Numbered from the stretch's first letter, positions 8,403 through 18,195 are shown. The stretch is DNA of 64,000 bases from Desulfovibrionaceae bacterium (GCA_031553655.1 JAVBLG010000032.1:115-64114), one strand, 5' to 3'. The notes: generated by a model not told the origin, from the sequence alone. A program made the numbers and translations.

Positions 8403-9209
8403 ATGCTTGAAAAATTCTGGTTTGCGCAACAACCGCGCATAAAAAAACTTCTGGCTCAGCAGGCCGAAGGCAATCCGCCGATTCCCTTTTCCGGTATACG
8501 CCCTTCCCTGGCTCTGGCTCTGCGTGAAAACGGGCCGGGGGCGATCATCGCCGAATACAAGCGGGCCTCGCCTTCCAGGGGGGATATAAATCTCGGCGCA
8601 AGCCCCGAAGACACGGCGGCCGACTATGCCAAAGCGGGGGCAGCCGCGCTGTCGGTGCTCACTGAAGAACGATATTTCAAGGGGAATGTTGATTTTCTGA
8701 CCAGCATGGCCGGACCTGGGCTTCCTATGCTGCGCAAGGATTTTCTGCTTCATCCGGCGCAGGTGGCGGAAACGGCGGCAACCCCGGCTTCGGCCCTGTT
8801 GCTCATAGTTCGTATGCTGGGAAACGATAAGCTTGAGGATATGCTTGAGGCCGCAAGTAGAAGCGGCCTGGAATGTGTTCTAGAAGTATTTGATCAGGCG
8901 GATCTGGACCGGGCCAGATCCGCCTTGGCCGCCACTGGAACCAGTCCATCCATAATACAGGTGAATAACCGCGATTTGCACACCTTGACCATTGATGAAG
9001 GCGTTTCCAGGAAATTGATTCGTCTGCGCCGACCGGAAGAAGTGTGGATTTCCGCCAGCGGCGCGCAACGCCGGGAGCAAGTGGAGGAACGCGCCGCCCT
9101 TGGTTTTGACGCAGTGCTCATCGGCTCCGCGCTCATGTCCGGGACAAGCCCTGGAGCGATTTTGTCCGCCATCACAGGCAAAAGGGACAATCGGAGAATG
9201 CCGTCATGA
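8403..9209 (+). CDS. trpC: Indole-3-glycerol phosphate synthase
   Basis: IIAEYKRASPSRG...LSVLTEERYFKG...LRKDF motifs. ATG 8403 preferred over the TTG 8391 of the ORF track. Confidence 0.9.
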   Translation: MLEKFWFAQQPRIKKLLAQQAEGNPPIPFSGIRPSLALALRENGPGAIIAEYKRASPSRGDINLGASPEDTAADYAKAGAAALSVLTEERYFKGNVDFLTSMAGPGLPMLRKDFLLHPAQVAETAATPASALLLIVRMLGNDKLEDMLEAASRSGLECVLEVFDQADLDRARSALAATGTSPSIIQVNNRDLHTLTIDEGVSRKLIRLRRPEEVWISASGAQRREQVEERAALGFDAVLIGSALMSGTSPGAILSAITGKRDNRRMPS

Positions 9210-9829
9210 AAAATTCTTTTCTGCCTCTGAAGGTGTGCGGACTCGCCAGATCTGAAGATGTGCATCTCTGCCTGGAGCTTGGCGTGGCCTTTACAGGATT
9301 CATTTTTGCGCCGGGAAGCCCGCGCCGCCTCAGCGTAGAAGCGGCTGCGGCTCTGCCTTCGGGCCGGGCCGCGCGAGTGGGGGTGTTTGTTGATCAGTCC
9401 CCTGAAGAAATAGAGGCCGCCATGTATGCGGCCCGCCTGGATTACGCCCAGCTGCACGGCAACGAAAGCGAAGAAATATGCCGTGTCCTGGGGCCGGAGC
9501 GGGTAATAAAGACGCTGTGGCCCGAGGCGCGGGATTTTGCAAAAAACTGCGCCCGCTTCGCTCCCTTATGTGCCATGTTTTTGCTGGATTCGGGAAAATC
9601 CGGAGGAGGAAGCGGTCGCCCCATTTCTCTCGAAGTTCTGCGCTATTTTGATCCCGGCAAACCCTGGCTGCTGGCCGGAGGTCTGGGACCGGAAAACGCA
9701 CATGAGGCCATGTCGCGCTGCGTCCCCCTGGCCGTGGACTGCAATTCCGCGCTGGAAGATGCGCCCGGCATCAAAAATCACGAAAAAATACGCATTCTTG
9801 TCGAAGAACTTGAAGCGTTTCGTCAATAA
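9206..9829 (+). CDS. trpF: Phosphoribosylanthranilate isomerase
   Basis: KVCGL...GFIF...QLHG... PRAI pattern. ATGA overlap with the trpC stop. Confidence 0.9.
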   Translation: MKNSFLPLKVCGLARSEDVHLCLELGVAFTGFIFAPGSPRRLSVEAAAALPSGRAARVGVFVDQSPEEIEAAMYAARLDYAQLHGNESEEICRVLGPERVIKTLWPEARDFAKNCARFAPLCAMFLLDSGKSGGGSGRPISLEVLRYFDPGKPWLLAGGLGPENAHEAMSRCVPLAVDCNSALEDAPGIKNHEKIRILVEELEAFRQ

Positions 9830-9867
9830 TTTTCTTACGTCAGACCATAAAAATACCAGAGGTAGAA

Positions 9868-11055
9868 ATGAAAAAAGGTTATTTTGGAGAATTCGGTGGG
9901 CAATTCGTGCCTGAGCTGCTCATGCCTCCGTTGCGCGAGCTGGAAGACGCCTGTGAGCGCATCATGCCTTTAGAAGAATTCAGGACAGAATTGGATCTGC
10001 TTTTGCGCGACTATGCCGGTCGGGCCACGCCCCTTACCCGCTGCCCGACGCTTTCGGCCGAAGTGGGGTTCAACCTGTGGCTGAAAAGGGAAGACCTGCT
10101 GCATACCGGGGCGCACAAAATGAACAATACTCTGGGGCAGGCGCTGCTGGCCAAAAAAATGGGCAAGTCAGCCCTGGTGGCCGAAACCGGCGCGGGCCAG
10201 CACGGAGTGGCCACAGCGGCCGCGGCAGCCCGCCTGGGTCTTGCCTGCACTATTTTCATGGGCGAGGAAGACGTTGCCCGCCAGTCGCCCAATGTGGCGC
10301 GTATGCGCCTGCTGGGGGCCGAAGTGCGCCCGGTGCGCAGCGGCACAAAAACTCTCAAGGACGCCATAAACGAAGCCCTGCGCTTCTGGCTGGCCGAACA
10401 GCGCGAAACCCACTACTGCTTCGGCACGGCCGCCGGGCCGCATCCCTTTCCGACTCTGGTGCGCGACCTGCAAAGCGTAATCGGCCGGGAAACCATGGAG
10501 CAATGCCGACAAGCCTTCGGGCGATTGCCCGATGTGGCGGTTGCCTGCGTGGGCGGTGGTTCCAATGCTGTGGGCATGTTCCATCCCTTTGTGGCGGCCG
10601 GGGCGAAAACGCGCCTGGTAGGTGTGGAAGCCGGTGGCACAGGTGAGCCCGGTTGCCACACTTCAGCTCCGCTGAATCTTGGCTCGCCGGGGGTGCTGCA
10701 CGGCCAGCGCACCATGTTGCTGCAGGACAGACACGGGCAGATTATGCCCTCGCATTCGGTTTCCGCCGGGTTGGACTACCCCGGCGTGGGGCCGGAGCAT
10801 GCCTGCTGGCATAAAGACGGGTTGGTGGAATACCATGTCATAACCGATAATCAGGCCTTGTGCGCGTTTTCGGCCTTGTGCGCTCATGAAGGCATCATTC
10901 CGGCGCTGGAATCGTCTCACGCGCTGGCTTGGGCTTTGAATAATTCCGGAAATCTGCCGCCGGACAGCCAGGTGGTGGTCAACCTTTCCGGACGCGGCGA
11001 TAAAGATCTTGATATAATCAAAAATCATGCCCCCGGCATGTACGAGGAGAAATGA
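9868..11055 (+). CDS. trpB: Tryptophan synthase beta chain
   Basis: [10 protein letters not shown]..., [16 protein letters not shown] (PLP lysine), GGGSNAVG. Confidence 0.96.
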   Translation: MKKGYFGEFGGQFVPELLMPPLRELEDACERIMPLEEFRTELDLLLRDYAGRATPLTRCPTLSAEVGFNLWLKREDLLHTGAHKMNNTLGQALLAKKMGKSALVAETGAGQHGVATAAAAARLGLACTIFMGEEDVARQSPNVARMRLLGAEVRPVRSGTKTLKDAINEALRFWLAEQRETHYCFGTAAGPHPFPTLVRDLQSVIGRETMEQCRQAFGRLPDVAVACVGGGSNAVGMFHPFVAAGAKTRLVGVEAGGTGEPGCHTSAPLNLGSPGVLHGQRTMLLQDRHGQIMPSHSVSAGLDYPGVGPEHACWHKDGLVEYHVITDNQALCAFSALCAHEGIIPALESSHALAWALNNSGNLPPDSQVVVNLSGRGDKDLDIIKNHAPGMYEEK

Positions 11056-11057
11056 AA

Positions 11058-11824
11058 TGAGCGTCGGTATACTTAAAGAACGCATATATGCGGCCAATGC
11101 CTCGGGCCGCCATGCCCTGATTCCCTTTGTTACCGCCGGATATCCCACCATCGACCGGTTCTGGGATATCATGGAAGACCTGGATCACGCTGGGGCCGAC
11201 ATAATTGAAATAGGCGTGCCTTTTTCCGATCCGGTGGCCGACGGCCCTGTTGTGGAAGCGGCATCCCAGCGCGCCATCAATAACGGCGTGACGCTGCACT
11301 GGCTGTTGGAAGCGCTTTTGCGGCGTAAGCACAGCTTCAGAGCCGGGCTGATCCTCATGGGCTATTATAATCCGTTTTTAAAATACGGCCTTGACCGCCT
11401 TGCCGCGAACGCGGCCGCTGTGGGTATTTCCGGTTTGATTGTGCCGGATCTGCCGTTGGAGGAAAGTGCGGACATGCGCACAGCCCTCAAAAAATACGGC
11501 CTTTCTTTACTGCCTTTGGTGGGCGTGAACACCAGCAGAGAGCGTATGGTCTCCTATGCCGAAAATGCCGAAGGCTACGCATATCTGGCCTCCGTGCTGG
11601 GCACCACCGGCCAGCGGGCAGGCTTTCCGCCCGAACTGGCCAAAGCTCTTGAAAATGCCTGCGATATATTCAAGATCCCTGTGGCTCTGGGCTTTGGCTT
11701 GTCCCGTCCGGAACAGCTGCATGATCTGCCGGTGAAACCGCGAGCGGTGGTTTTCGGCTCGGCCCTGCTCAATCACATAGAGAACGGAGGCAAGGCCGGA
11801 GATTTCATCCGCAATTGGCTGTGA
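11058..11824 (+). CDS. trpA: Tryptophan synthase alpha chain
   Basis: LIPFVTAGYP..., IEIGVPFSDPVADGP..., GFGLS. ATG 11058 lies 2 nt after the trpB stop. The ORF-track start at 11027 overlaps trpB and is unlikely. Confidence 0.93.
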
Positions 11825-11915
11825 AAGGGTAGTGCGGGCACAATGTCATGGACAGCGCCTATTTCAGGGAGTATAAGCAGAAAAATTTTGCAGTTGCTGT
11901 TTATCCGTAAATATC

Positions 11916-11941
11916 CCGGCCGCCGACTTTGCGGCGGCCGG
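11916..11941 (+). terminator. GC-rich hairpin after trpA (possible terminator, no clean U-tract)
   Basis: CCGGCCGCCG-actttg-CGGCGGCCGG is a 10-bp perfect stem, followed by aaataaaag. Confidence 0.4.
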
Positions 11942-11967
11942 AAATAAAAGTTCCCGGAGGTGCCTTT

Positions 11968-12309
11968 ATGCGTCCTTTTCTTCCGGCAAGCGTGCTTCTT
12001 TGCCTGACTCTTTCCGGATGTGCTGCGGGAGATAAGACTCCCCCCCCGCCGTTGCCCCCGCTTTCACCGGTGATGGCCTTTATGGCCGAAGCCCGGCCCG
12101 GCGAAATCACCGTGCTAGACGACGAGGCATTTGGCAGACAGGTGCGCGTAACCCTGGAAGGCGGCTTCACCTCGGCCGACGGCGAGGATTGCCGCCGGGC
12201 CACAGTTGTGGCCCGGGGCCGTGAGTCGGAAATGGTGGTTATCTGCCGCTCGGGCGATCAACCATTCACGATGGCGCCCCGGATATGGGGACAGGGCATA
12301 TACAATTAG
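11968..12309 (+). CDS. Small lipoprotein, function unknown
   Basis: GGAGG SD 8 nt before ATG 11968. Signal peptide with lipobox LTLSGC, followed by a Pro-rich linker. Confidence 0.6.
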   Translation: MRPFLPASVLLCLTLSGCAAGDKTPPPPLPPLSPVMAFMAEARPGEITVLDDEAFGRQVRVTLEGGFTSADGEDCRRATVVARGRESEMVVICRSGDQPFTMAPRIWGQGIYN

Positions 12310-12366
12310 ACAGTATAGTCACAAGTAAGCGCTTTTTCGTTTCCGGCGGCGTCATTTGTCCACCGC

Positions 12367-12410
12367 GACGGAGTCAGCCGGCGGAGGGAGCTGACTGTGG
12401 ATTGAAACAT
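12367..12410 (-). repeat. 44-nt hairpin repeat, copy A (CRISPR type I-C repeat-like solitary unit)
   Basis: The reverse complement is ATGTTTCAATCCACAGTCAGCTCCCTCCGCCGGCTGACTCCGTC. The same 17-nt head and a hairpin occur at 14977 and 37611. Confidence 0.8.
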
Positions 12411-12479
12411 TATCATCCGCAAAATGTTTTAAAATTTTTTTGACAAACCGGCATAACTAACATTTATTTTTCGTAACTA

Positions 12480-14048
12480 ATGAAAAAAAGACTGTTTCTC
12501 TCCATTTTTATTTTACAGTGTATCCTTATAATGTCCACAGGCGTGCCGTCTCAGGCCGCGCCCGTACCTTTCGCATCCAATCTTTTCCAGGGTAACTTTT
12601 CCAATGTCCAGAAAAACGAGGCTTCCGTTCTGGAACCGGGCGACCGGGTGGTGCTGCGCCTGTGGGGCGGCTCCGTGAGCTTTGACGGTTCGCTGGTGGT
12701 AAGTGCCGACGGCAAATTGGCCTCCACCCCGGAAGGTAACCTTCCGTCCGAGCTGGAAAATATGCCCGTGTCCGGGCTGCCTCACGACAAGCTGGCCGAC
12801 GCCCTCAAAAGCAGGCTTTCCGCCAGAGGCGTCAGCGACACGCAAATTTACGTGGCGCCCCTGGACGGCAGGCCCGTGGCCGTGTTCATAACCGGCGGAG
12901 TGCAAAAGCCCGGCCGCTACTCCGGGCTGCCTTCCGATTCCATTCTCACTCTTCTGGACAAGGCCGGAGGTATTGACCCCAAACGTGGATCTTATCGCTC
13001 CATCCGCCTTTTGCGCGACGAAAACGAAGTGGCTTCCTTTGATCTTTACCCCTTCGCCCGCACCGGCGCGATCAAGTGGACGCGCCTGCATGACAACGAT
13101 ACTTTGGTGGTGAGCGAGCGCGGTCCGGTTGTGGAGGCCGGGGGCGAAGCGCGCAATTCCGCTTTTTTTGAGTTCCGCAAAGGCGAAGCAACGGGCAAAG
13201 CCCTGCTGGATCTGGCCGAACCCTACAAAAAAGCCTCACATGTTTCTCTCTCCGGAACACGGAACGGCGCGCCCTACAACACCTATCTGCCCATAAGCTC
13301 ATTTGCCGGGCTGACTCTTGAGGATGGCGATCGTGTAACCTTCATGGCCGACGCTCCCGGCAACACAATTATGGTACAGGTAAGCGGCGCGGTGCGTGGC
13401 GCATCAAACTTTCCGGTGCGGCGCGGAGCCAAATTGAGTGACGTGCGCCGCTATATCGCAGTTGAGCCGGGCCGGGCCAATCTTGAGGCCATCTATATCA
13501 AACGTAAAAGCGTGGCCGAACGCCAGAAAAAAGCCCTGGACGACGCCCTGCGACGCCTGGAGCAAAGCGCCTTCACCGCCACCTCGTCCAGCACCGAAGA
13601 ATCGCAAATTCGCGCCAACGAGGCCAACATGCTGTCAAAATTCGTGGAACGGGCCAAAGCCGTGGAACCCGAGGGCGTGGTTGTGGTGGGCAAGTCCGAC
13701 CTGGCTCTGGAAAATGGCGACGTGATCGTGGTTCCGGAAAAAAGCGATGTGGTGCTGGTGAGCGGCGAAGTGCTGGTGCCCCAGGCCATGGTGTGGAATA
13801 AAAAGAAGGATTTTGACGATTATGTGAAGGGCGCGGGCGGCTATTCCAATCGGGCCGACAAGTCCGTAAGCCTGATCGTACGCCAGAACGGCGAAGTGCT
13901 GCGCTCGAACGACGGCGACATCATGCCAGGCGACCAGCTGTTGATCATGCCCAAGGTGGAATCTAAAAGCATGCAAACAGTCAAGGACGTAGCCCAGGTT
14001 TTATTTCAGGTGGCTGTGTCCGCCCGCATGGTGCTTGGTTTGCCTTAG
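12480..14048 (+). CDS. Periplasmic polysaccharide export protein (Wza/Poly_export + SLBB repeats)
   Basis: Signal peptide, PGDRVVLRLWG export motif, and repeated soluble-ligand-binding beta-grasp-like segments. Confidence 0.8.
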   Translation: MKKRLFLSIFILQCILIMSTGVPSQAAPVPFASNLFQGNFSNVQKNEASVLEPGDRVVLRLWGGSVSFDGSLVVSADGKLASTPEGNLPSELENMPVSGLPHDKLADALKSRLSARGVSDTQIYVAPLDGRPVAVFITGGVQKPGRYSGLPSDSILTLLDKAGGIDPKRGSYRSIRLLRDENEVASFDLYPFARTGAIKWTRLHDNDTLVVSERGPVVEAGGEARNSAFFEFRKGEATGKALLDLAEPYKKASHVSLSGTRNGAPYNTYLPISSFAGLTLEDGDRVTFMADAPGNTIMVQVSGAVRGASNFPVRRGAKLSDVRRYIAVEPGRANLEAIYIKRKSVAERQKKALDDALRRLEQSAFTATSSSTEESQIRANEANMLSKFVERAKAVEPEGVVVVGKSDLALENGDVIVVPEKSDVVLVSGEVLVPQAMVWNKKKDFDDYVKGAGGYSNRADKSVSLIVRQNGEVLRSNDGDIMPGDQLLIMPKVESKSMQTVKDVAQVLFQVAVSARMVLGLP

Positions 14049-14055
14049 ATACTGT

Positions 14056-14964
14056 CTAGGCACTACCAGGAGTCTTGGAGGTGCTCTTTATCGGGTGGAA
14101 AATGCCGGTCGCTATGCGAATAAATGCTTTGGCGGCCGGAGATGCCCGTCGTTCGTCAACCACCGCCAGAGCCACATCGCGCGATGCCGGGGGATTCAAC
14201 GGTCTTATAACACAGCGAGGGTCAAGTTCTCGCGGCAACGCGGACCCGTTCAAAATGGTAACAGCGTCGCCGCGCGCCACTGTGGCTATGGTGTCGGCCA
14301 GCTGCGAGGTGCGATAGCGTACATTTGGTTTCAGCCTTGCGGCCTGAAATAAATTCAAAATAAATTCTTCGGAGCCGGACTTGGTTATTGCGAAAGAGCC
14401 GGCGCACAAATCTTTCAGTGAAACTGAACTATGACTGGCCAGGGGGTGGTTGGCGGGAATCAGCGCCAGCAGTTGATTTTTGATCAGCGGAAAGGTGGAA
14501 AGCAGCTCGTTAGGCAGCGTTACAAACCCCACATCAATATGGTAATCCGTCAACCACTGGATTACTTCTTTATCCGACCCTTCGTCCACGTATATTTCAA
14601 TATCGGGAAAATATTTACGGTATTTGTCCAGGATGGCGGGCAGCAGTCGTAATGAGGAAGTGGGGCCGAAAGAACCTATGCGCAGGGTTCCCTTTTTTAT
14701 TCCTCTGGAGTCGGAAGCTTCCTGGCGCATATATTCGGCCAATCCCAGAATGGCCCGAGCCCGTTGCAGCAGCCGCATTCCGATATCAGTGAGTTCCATC
14801 CGCCTTTGATGACGATGGAATAATCCCACGCCAAATTCCTGTTCCAGGGCTTCAATAGCGTGTGATACTCCAGACTCGGAAATATCCGACAGCGAGGCCG
14901 CTGCCGCCGCGAAGTCTCCTCGTTCGGCAACCGCCAAAAAAATTTCAAGCTGCGTCAGCGTCAT
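14056..14964 (-). CDS. LysR-family transcriptional regulator
   Basis: MTLTQLEIFLAVAERGDFAAAAASL...VSHAIEALE HTH, then a LysR substrate-binding domain. Start moved to ATG 14964; the ORF-track N-terminal extension reads through repeat copy B. Confidence 0.88.
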   Translation of the reverse strand: MTLTQLEIFLAVAERGDFAAAAASLSDISESGVSHAIEALEQEFGVGLFHRHQRRMELTDIGMRLLQRARAILGLAEYMRQEASDSRGIKKGTLRIGSFGPTSSLRLLPAILDKYRKYFPDIEIYVDEGSDKEVIQWLTDYHIDVGFVTLPNELLSTFPLIKNQLLALIPANHPLASHSSVSLKDLCAGSFAITKSGSEEFILNLFQAARLKPNVRYRTSQLADTIATVARGDAVTILNGSALPRELDPRCVIRPLNPPASRDVALAVVDERRASPAAKAFIRIATGIFHPIKSTSKTPGSA

Positions 14965-14976
14965 ACCTAACCATCC

Positions 14977-15020
14977 ATGTTTCAATCCACAGTAAGCTCC
15001 ATCCGCAGACTGATTCCGCT
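14977..15020 (+). repeat. 44-nt hairpin repeat, copy B (degenerate stem)
   Basis: ATGTTTCAATCCACAGTAAGCTCCATCCGCAGACTGATTCCGCT. It lies 13 nt upstream of the lysR-type gene start on the opposite strand. Confidence 0.75.
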
Positions 15021-15205
15021 TGCGGCGAATAGGAACCGTACGGGTATTATTATAACTGTTCGCATGCGATGGCAACTTTATATTCCGACTTTGGCGGGCA
15101 CTTGAATGACTCTGCGCCGGATAACGAAAAATTATCGCGCGACAACACTGTCGACGAGATGTTTCATTCGCAATTTTTTCCGGCAAGATAAAAAGTTTAG
15201 GAAAA

Positions 15206-15231
15206 GGGGGATGGGGGTCGGGGGAAGGGGG
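15206..15231 (+). other. G-quadruplex-forming motif G5-AT-G5-TC-G5-AA-G5
   Basis: GGGGGatGGGGGtcGGGGGaaGGGGG is read directly from the sequence. The last 13 nt also form one arm of a 13-bp inverted repeat with 15295-15307. Confidence 0.7.
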
Positions 15232-15333
15232 AAAGAAACCTTTTCAAAGGGCCGTTCGTATTGAGCGTAGCGAAATCGAACTAATCTATGAAAGCCCCCT
15301 TCCCCCGGCCGCCGGACCGCCTTTAGCTTGAAT

Positions 15334-17112
15334 CTATTCGGCGCAGTGCGGCGGATTGGTCGGCGCGTCTTCAGTGCATAGGGCGCATTCCTCAAATTCC
15401 GTCACATTGTTAAGTTCCGTGCCCATGGAGATATTGGTCACTCTTTCCAAAATAATCTCCACAAGCACCGGCACCCGGTATTCACGCATCAATTCGCGGG
15501 CTTTGGCGAAAGCCGGGGCAATATCTTCCGGCTTGCGCACCCGTATTCCCTTGCAACCCAAACCTTCGGCCACCTTCACATGGTCAACGCCGTACTGGCC
15601 CAACTCCGGCGAATTATTGTTTTCAAAAGAAAGCTGCACGCAATAATCCATGTTGAAAGCGCGCTGCGACTGGCGGATCAACCCCAGATAGCTGTTGTTG
15701 AGCACAATGTGTATGTAGGGCAATTTGAACTGCGCGCCCACGGCCAGTTCTTCGATCATGAACTGAAAGTCGTAGTCGCCGGACAGGGCCACTACCTGCC
15801 GTTCGGGGTCGGCCTTGACCACACCCAGAGCGGCGGGCATGGTCCAGCCCAACGGTCCGGCCTGCGCCGAATTGATCCAATGCCGGGGCTTGTAAACATG
15901 CAGCATCTGCCCGGCCGCGATCTGCGACAGGCCGATGGTGGTTACATAGGTTACTTCCTTACCGAAGGCCCGGTTCATTTCCTCGTACACGCGCTGCGGC
16001 TTCACCGGGGAATTATCAAAATGGGTCTTGCGCTGTTGCGCGGCGTCACTCTTGCGGGACAGACAGGACGAGGCCCAGGCTCCGAAGTCGGGCAGAGTGG
16101 TATTTTTACCGCGCAGCAAGTCCAGCATACCGGCCAACGCCATGCCCGCGTCGGAGACTATACCCAGGTCGGGGTTGAATACTCTGCCGATTTGCGTCGG
16201 CTCCACGTCAATATGCACAAAAACGCGATCTTTGGTGTACACGTCCAGTGAGCCGGTGTGACGGTTGGCCCAACGGTTGCCTATGCCCAGAACAAAGTCC
16301 GCTTCCATAAAAGATTGATTGGCATAGCGATGCGAATGCTGAATGCCGATTCGTCCGATCATCAGCGGATGATCGTCGGGAATGCAACCCCAGCCCATAA
16401 GCGTGGGGATAACCGGAACCCCGGAGCGTTCGGCAAATTCCACCAGCAGGTTCGAGGCATCGGCATTGATCACGCCGCCCCCGGCAATGATCACCGGACG
16501 TTTGGCTTTGCCGAGCAATTCTAGAACCTTTTCCAACTGCCTAGGCGAAGCCGCTGGTTTGTAAACGGGCAGAGGCTCGTAACTGTCCACATCAAAGACA
16601 ATTTCGGCCATTTGCACGTCAAAGGGCAGATCTATAAGCACCGGGCCGGGGCGACCGGAACGCATCAAATGAAAAGCCTGCTGAAAAACGCGGGGTACCT
16701 GGCCCGGTTCAAGTACGGTGGTGGCCATTTTAGTCAACGGGGCGGCAATTGAGGCGATGTTCACGCACTGAAAATCTTCCTTGTGCAAGCGAGCCTTCGG
16801 GGCCTGCCCGGTGATGCAGAGAATGGGAATGGAGTCGGAGCAGGCCGAGTACAGGCCGGTGATCATGTCAGTTCCACCCGGACCGGAGGTGCCCAGGCAC
16901 ACGCCGATATTGCCCGGTCTGGCTCTGGTGTAGCCCTCGGCCATGTGCGAAGCGCCTTCAACGTGGCGGGCCAGCACATGGTCGATGCCTCCCGCCTGTT
17001 TCATAGCCGAATACAACGGATTGATGGCCGCCCCGGGCACGCCGAAAGCCGTGGTAATCCCTTCCTTGAGCATAACCTGAACCGCCGCGTCAACAGCACG
17101 CATTCTGGACAT
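15334..17112 (-). CDS. gcl: Glyoxylate carboligase (tartronate-semialdehyde synthase), ThDP enzyme
   Basis: [37 protein letters not shown]...[15 protein letters not shown]...[17 protein letters not shown] closely follows E. coli Gcl as I recall it. 593 aa from ATG 17112, which has a GGAG SD. Confidence 0.93.
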   Translation of the reverse strand: MSRMRAVDAAVQVMLKEGITTAFGVPGAAINPLYSAMKQAGGIDHVLARHVEGASHMAEGYTRARPGNIGVCLGTSGPGGTDMITGLYSACSDSIPILCITGQAPKARLHKEDFQCVNIASIAAPLTKMATTVLEPGQVPRVFQQAFHLMRSGRPGPVLIDLPFDVQMAEIVFDVDSYEPLPVYKPAASPRQLEKVLELLGKAKRPVIIAGGGVINADASNLLVEFAERSGVPVIPTLMGWGCIPDDHPLMIGRIGIQHSHRYANQSFMEADFVLGIGNRWANRHTGSLDVYTKDRVFVHIDVEPTQIGRVFNPDLGIVSDAGMALAGMLDLLRGKNTTLPDFGAWASSCLSRKSDAAQQRKTHFDNSPVKPQRVYEEMNRAFGKEVTYVTTIGLSQIAAGQMLHVYKPRHWINSAQAGPLGWTMPAALGVVKADPERQVVALSGDYDFQFMIEELAVGAQFKLPYIHIVLNNSYLGLIRQSQRAFNMDYCVQLSFENNNSPELGQYGVDHVKVAEGLGCKGIRVRKPEDIAPAFAKARELMREYRVPVLVEIILERVTNISMGTELNNVTEFEECALCTEDAPTNPPHCAE

Positions 17113-17173
17113 AATCGTCTCCTTTTCTATTTCTCCCGTCGTCTGGCTGACGAATGGGGGGATTTTTGCGGTT

Positions 17174-17203
17174 AATTTCTTATTAGGAAATTTAGTTTCC
17201 AAA
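17174..17203. promoter_or_regulatory. Candidate IclR-type operator upstream of gcl
   Basis: aaTTTCTTAtTAGGAAAtttagTTTCCaaa contains a half-site pair related to the two palindromes at 19969-20003, plus a GGAAA-N5-TTTCC inverted repeat. Confidence 0.45.
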
Positions 17204-17212
17204 TATAGTCGT

Positions 17213-17265
17213 AAAAAAACGCCTGCGCAACGACCGCCCAAGGCGGTCCAGGCAGGCGGTTTTTT
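17213..17265 (-). terminator. Terminator between glxR and gcl (bidirectional shape)
   Basis: aaaaaaaCGCCTGCgcaacGACCGCCcaaGGCGGTCcagGCAGGCGgtttttt: a compound hairpin flanked by an A-run and a T-run. Confidence 0.65.
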
Positions 17266-17268
17266 CTG

Positions 17269-18174
17269 TTATTTCGGCGCGGAGCTTCCGCTCTTTTTTA
17301 CCTCAAAGCCGGACAGTTTTTCATAAAAGCGCACCAGAGCGGAATGATCCGCCTGGCCCAGGCCGTCCACAGTAAGAGCTTGCATCATTTCCATGACTGA
17401 GGCGGAAAGCGGCAGGGGCACGCCAACGCCGTGCCCGGTTTCCATAACATTACCGAGATCCTTAATATGCAGATCAATTTTGAATCCTGGCTTGATATTG
17501 CGCTCAAGCATCATGGGAGCCTTGGCTTCCATAACCGTGGAACCGGCCAGTCCGCCGCGTATGGCCTGGAACACCAGCTCGGGATCAGCTCCAGCCTTGG
17601 CCGCCAGGGTCATGGCTTCGGAAAGAGCGGCTATATTAACAGCCACCACAATCTGATTGGCCAGTTTGGCTATGTTGCCGGCTCCGATTTCACCCACGCG
17701 CACCACGGACGAAGCCATGGCCTTCAACACGGGCAGGGCTTCGGCAAAATCGGCCTCGGCACCTCCCACCATTACCGAAAGAGTGCCCTCCACAGCCTTG
17801 GGTTCGCCACCGCTGACCGGGGCGTCAAGCATGCGGATTTTTTGGGCGGCCAGCTTGGTATGTATGTCGCGCGCGGCCAGAGGCGCTATGGAACTCATGT
17901 CCACCAGCAAGGTTCCCGGTTTGGCGTGTTCGGCCACGCCGCCGGGGCCAAGGACCACTTCGGCCACTTGAGGCGAATTGGGCAGCATGGTGATAATTAT
18001 GTTGCAGCGTCCGGCCAGCTCTGCCACCGAAGCGGCGGGCACGGCCCCGGACGCGGCTACTTCATCCACTGCCGCGCGGCTGCGGTTGAAGCATACAACT
18101 TCGTGCCCGGTTTTAAGCAGGTTGCGGCACATGGGCTTGCCCATTATTCCCAACCCTATGAATCCTATAGACAT
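17269..18174 (-). CDS. glxR: 2-hydroxy-3-oxopropionate (tartronate semialdehyde) reductase
   Basis: MSIGFIGLGIMGKPM Rossmann motif and the 3-hydroxyisobutyrate dehydrogenase family pattern. Sits between hyi and gcl. Confidence 0.88.
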   Translation of the reverse strand: MSIGFIGLGIMGKPMCRNLLKTGHEVVCFNRSRAAVDEVAASGAVPAASVAELAGRCNIIITMLPNSPQVAEVVLGPGGVAEHAKPGTLLVDMSSIAPLAARDIHTKLAAQKIRMLDAPVSGGEPKAVEGTLSVMVGGAEADFAEALPVLKAMASSVVRVGEIGAGNIAKLANQIVVAVNIAALSEAMTLAAKAGADPELVFQAIRGGLAGSTVMEAKAPMMLERNIKPGFKIDLHIKDLGNVMETGHGVGVPLPLSASVMEMMQALTVDGLGQADHSALVRFYEKLSGFEVKKSGSSAPK

Positions 18175-18195
18175 TTGATTGCCTCCAGTTCTGCC

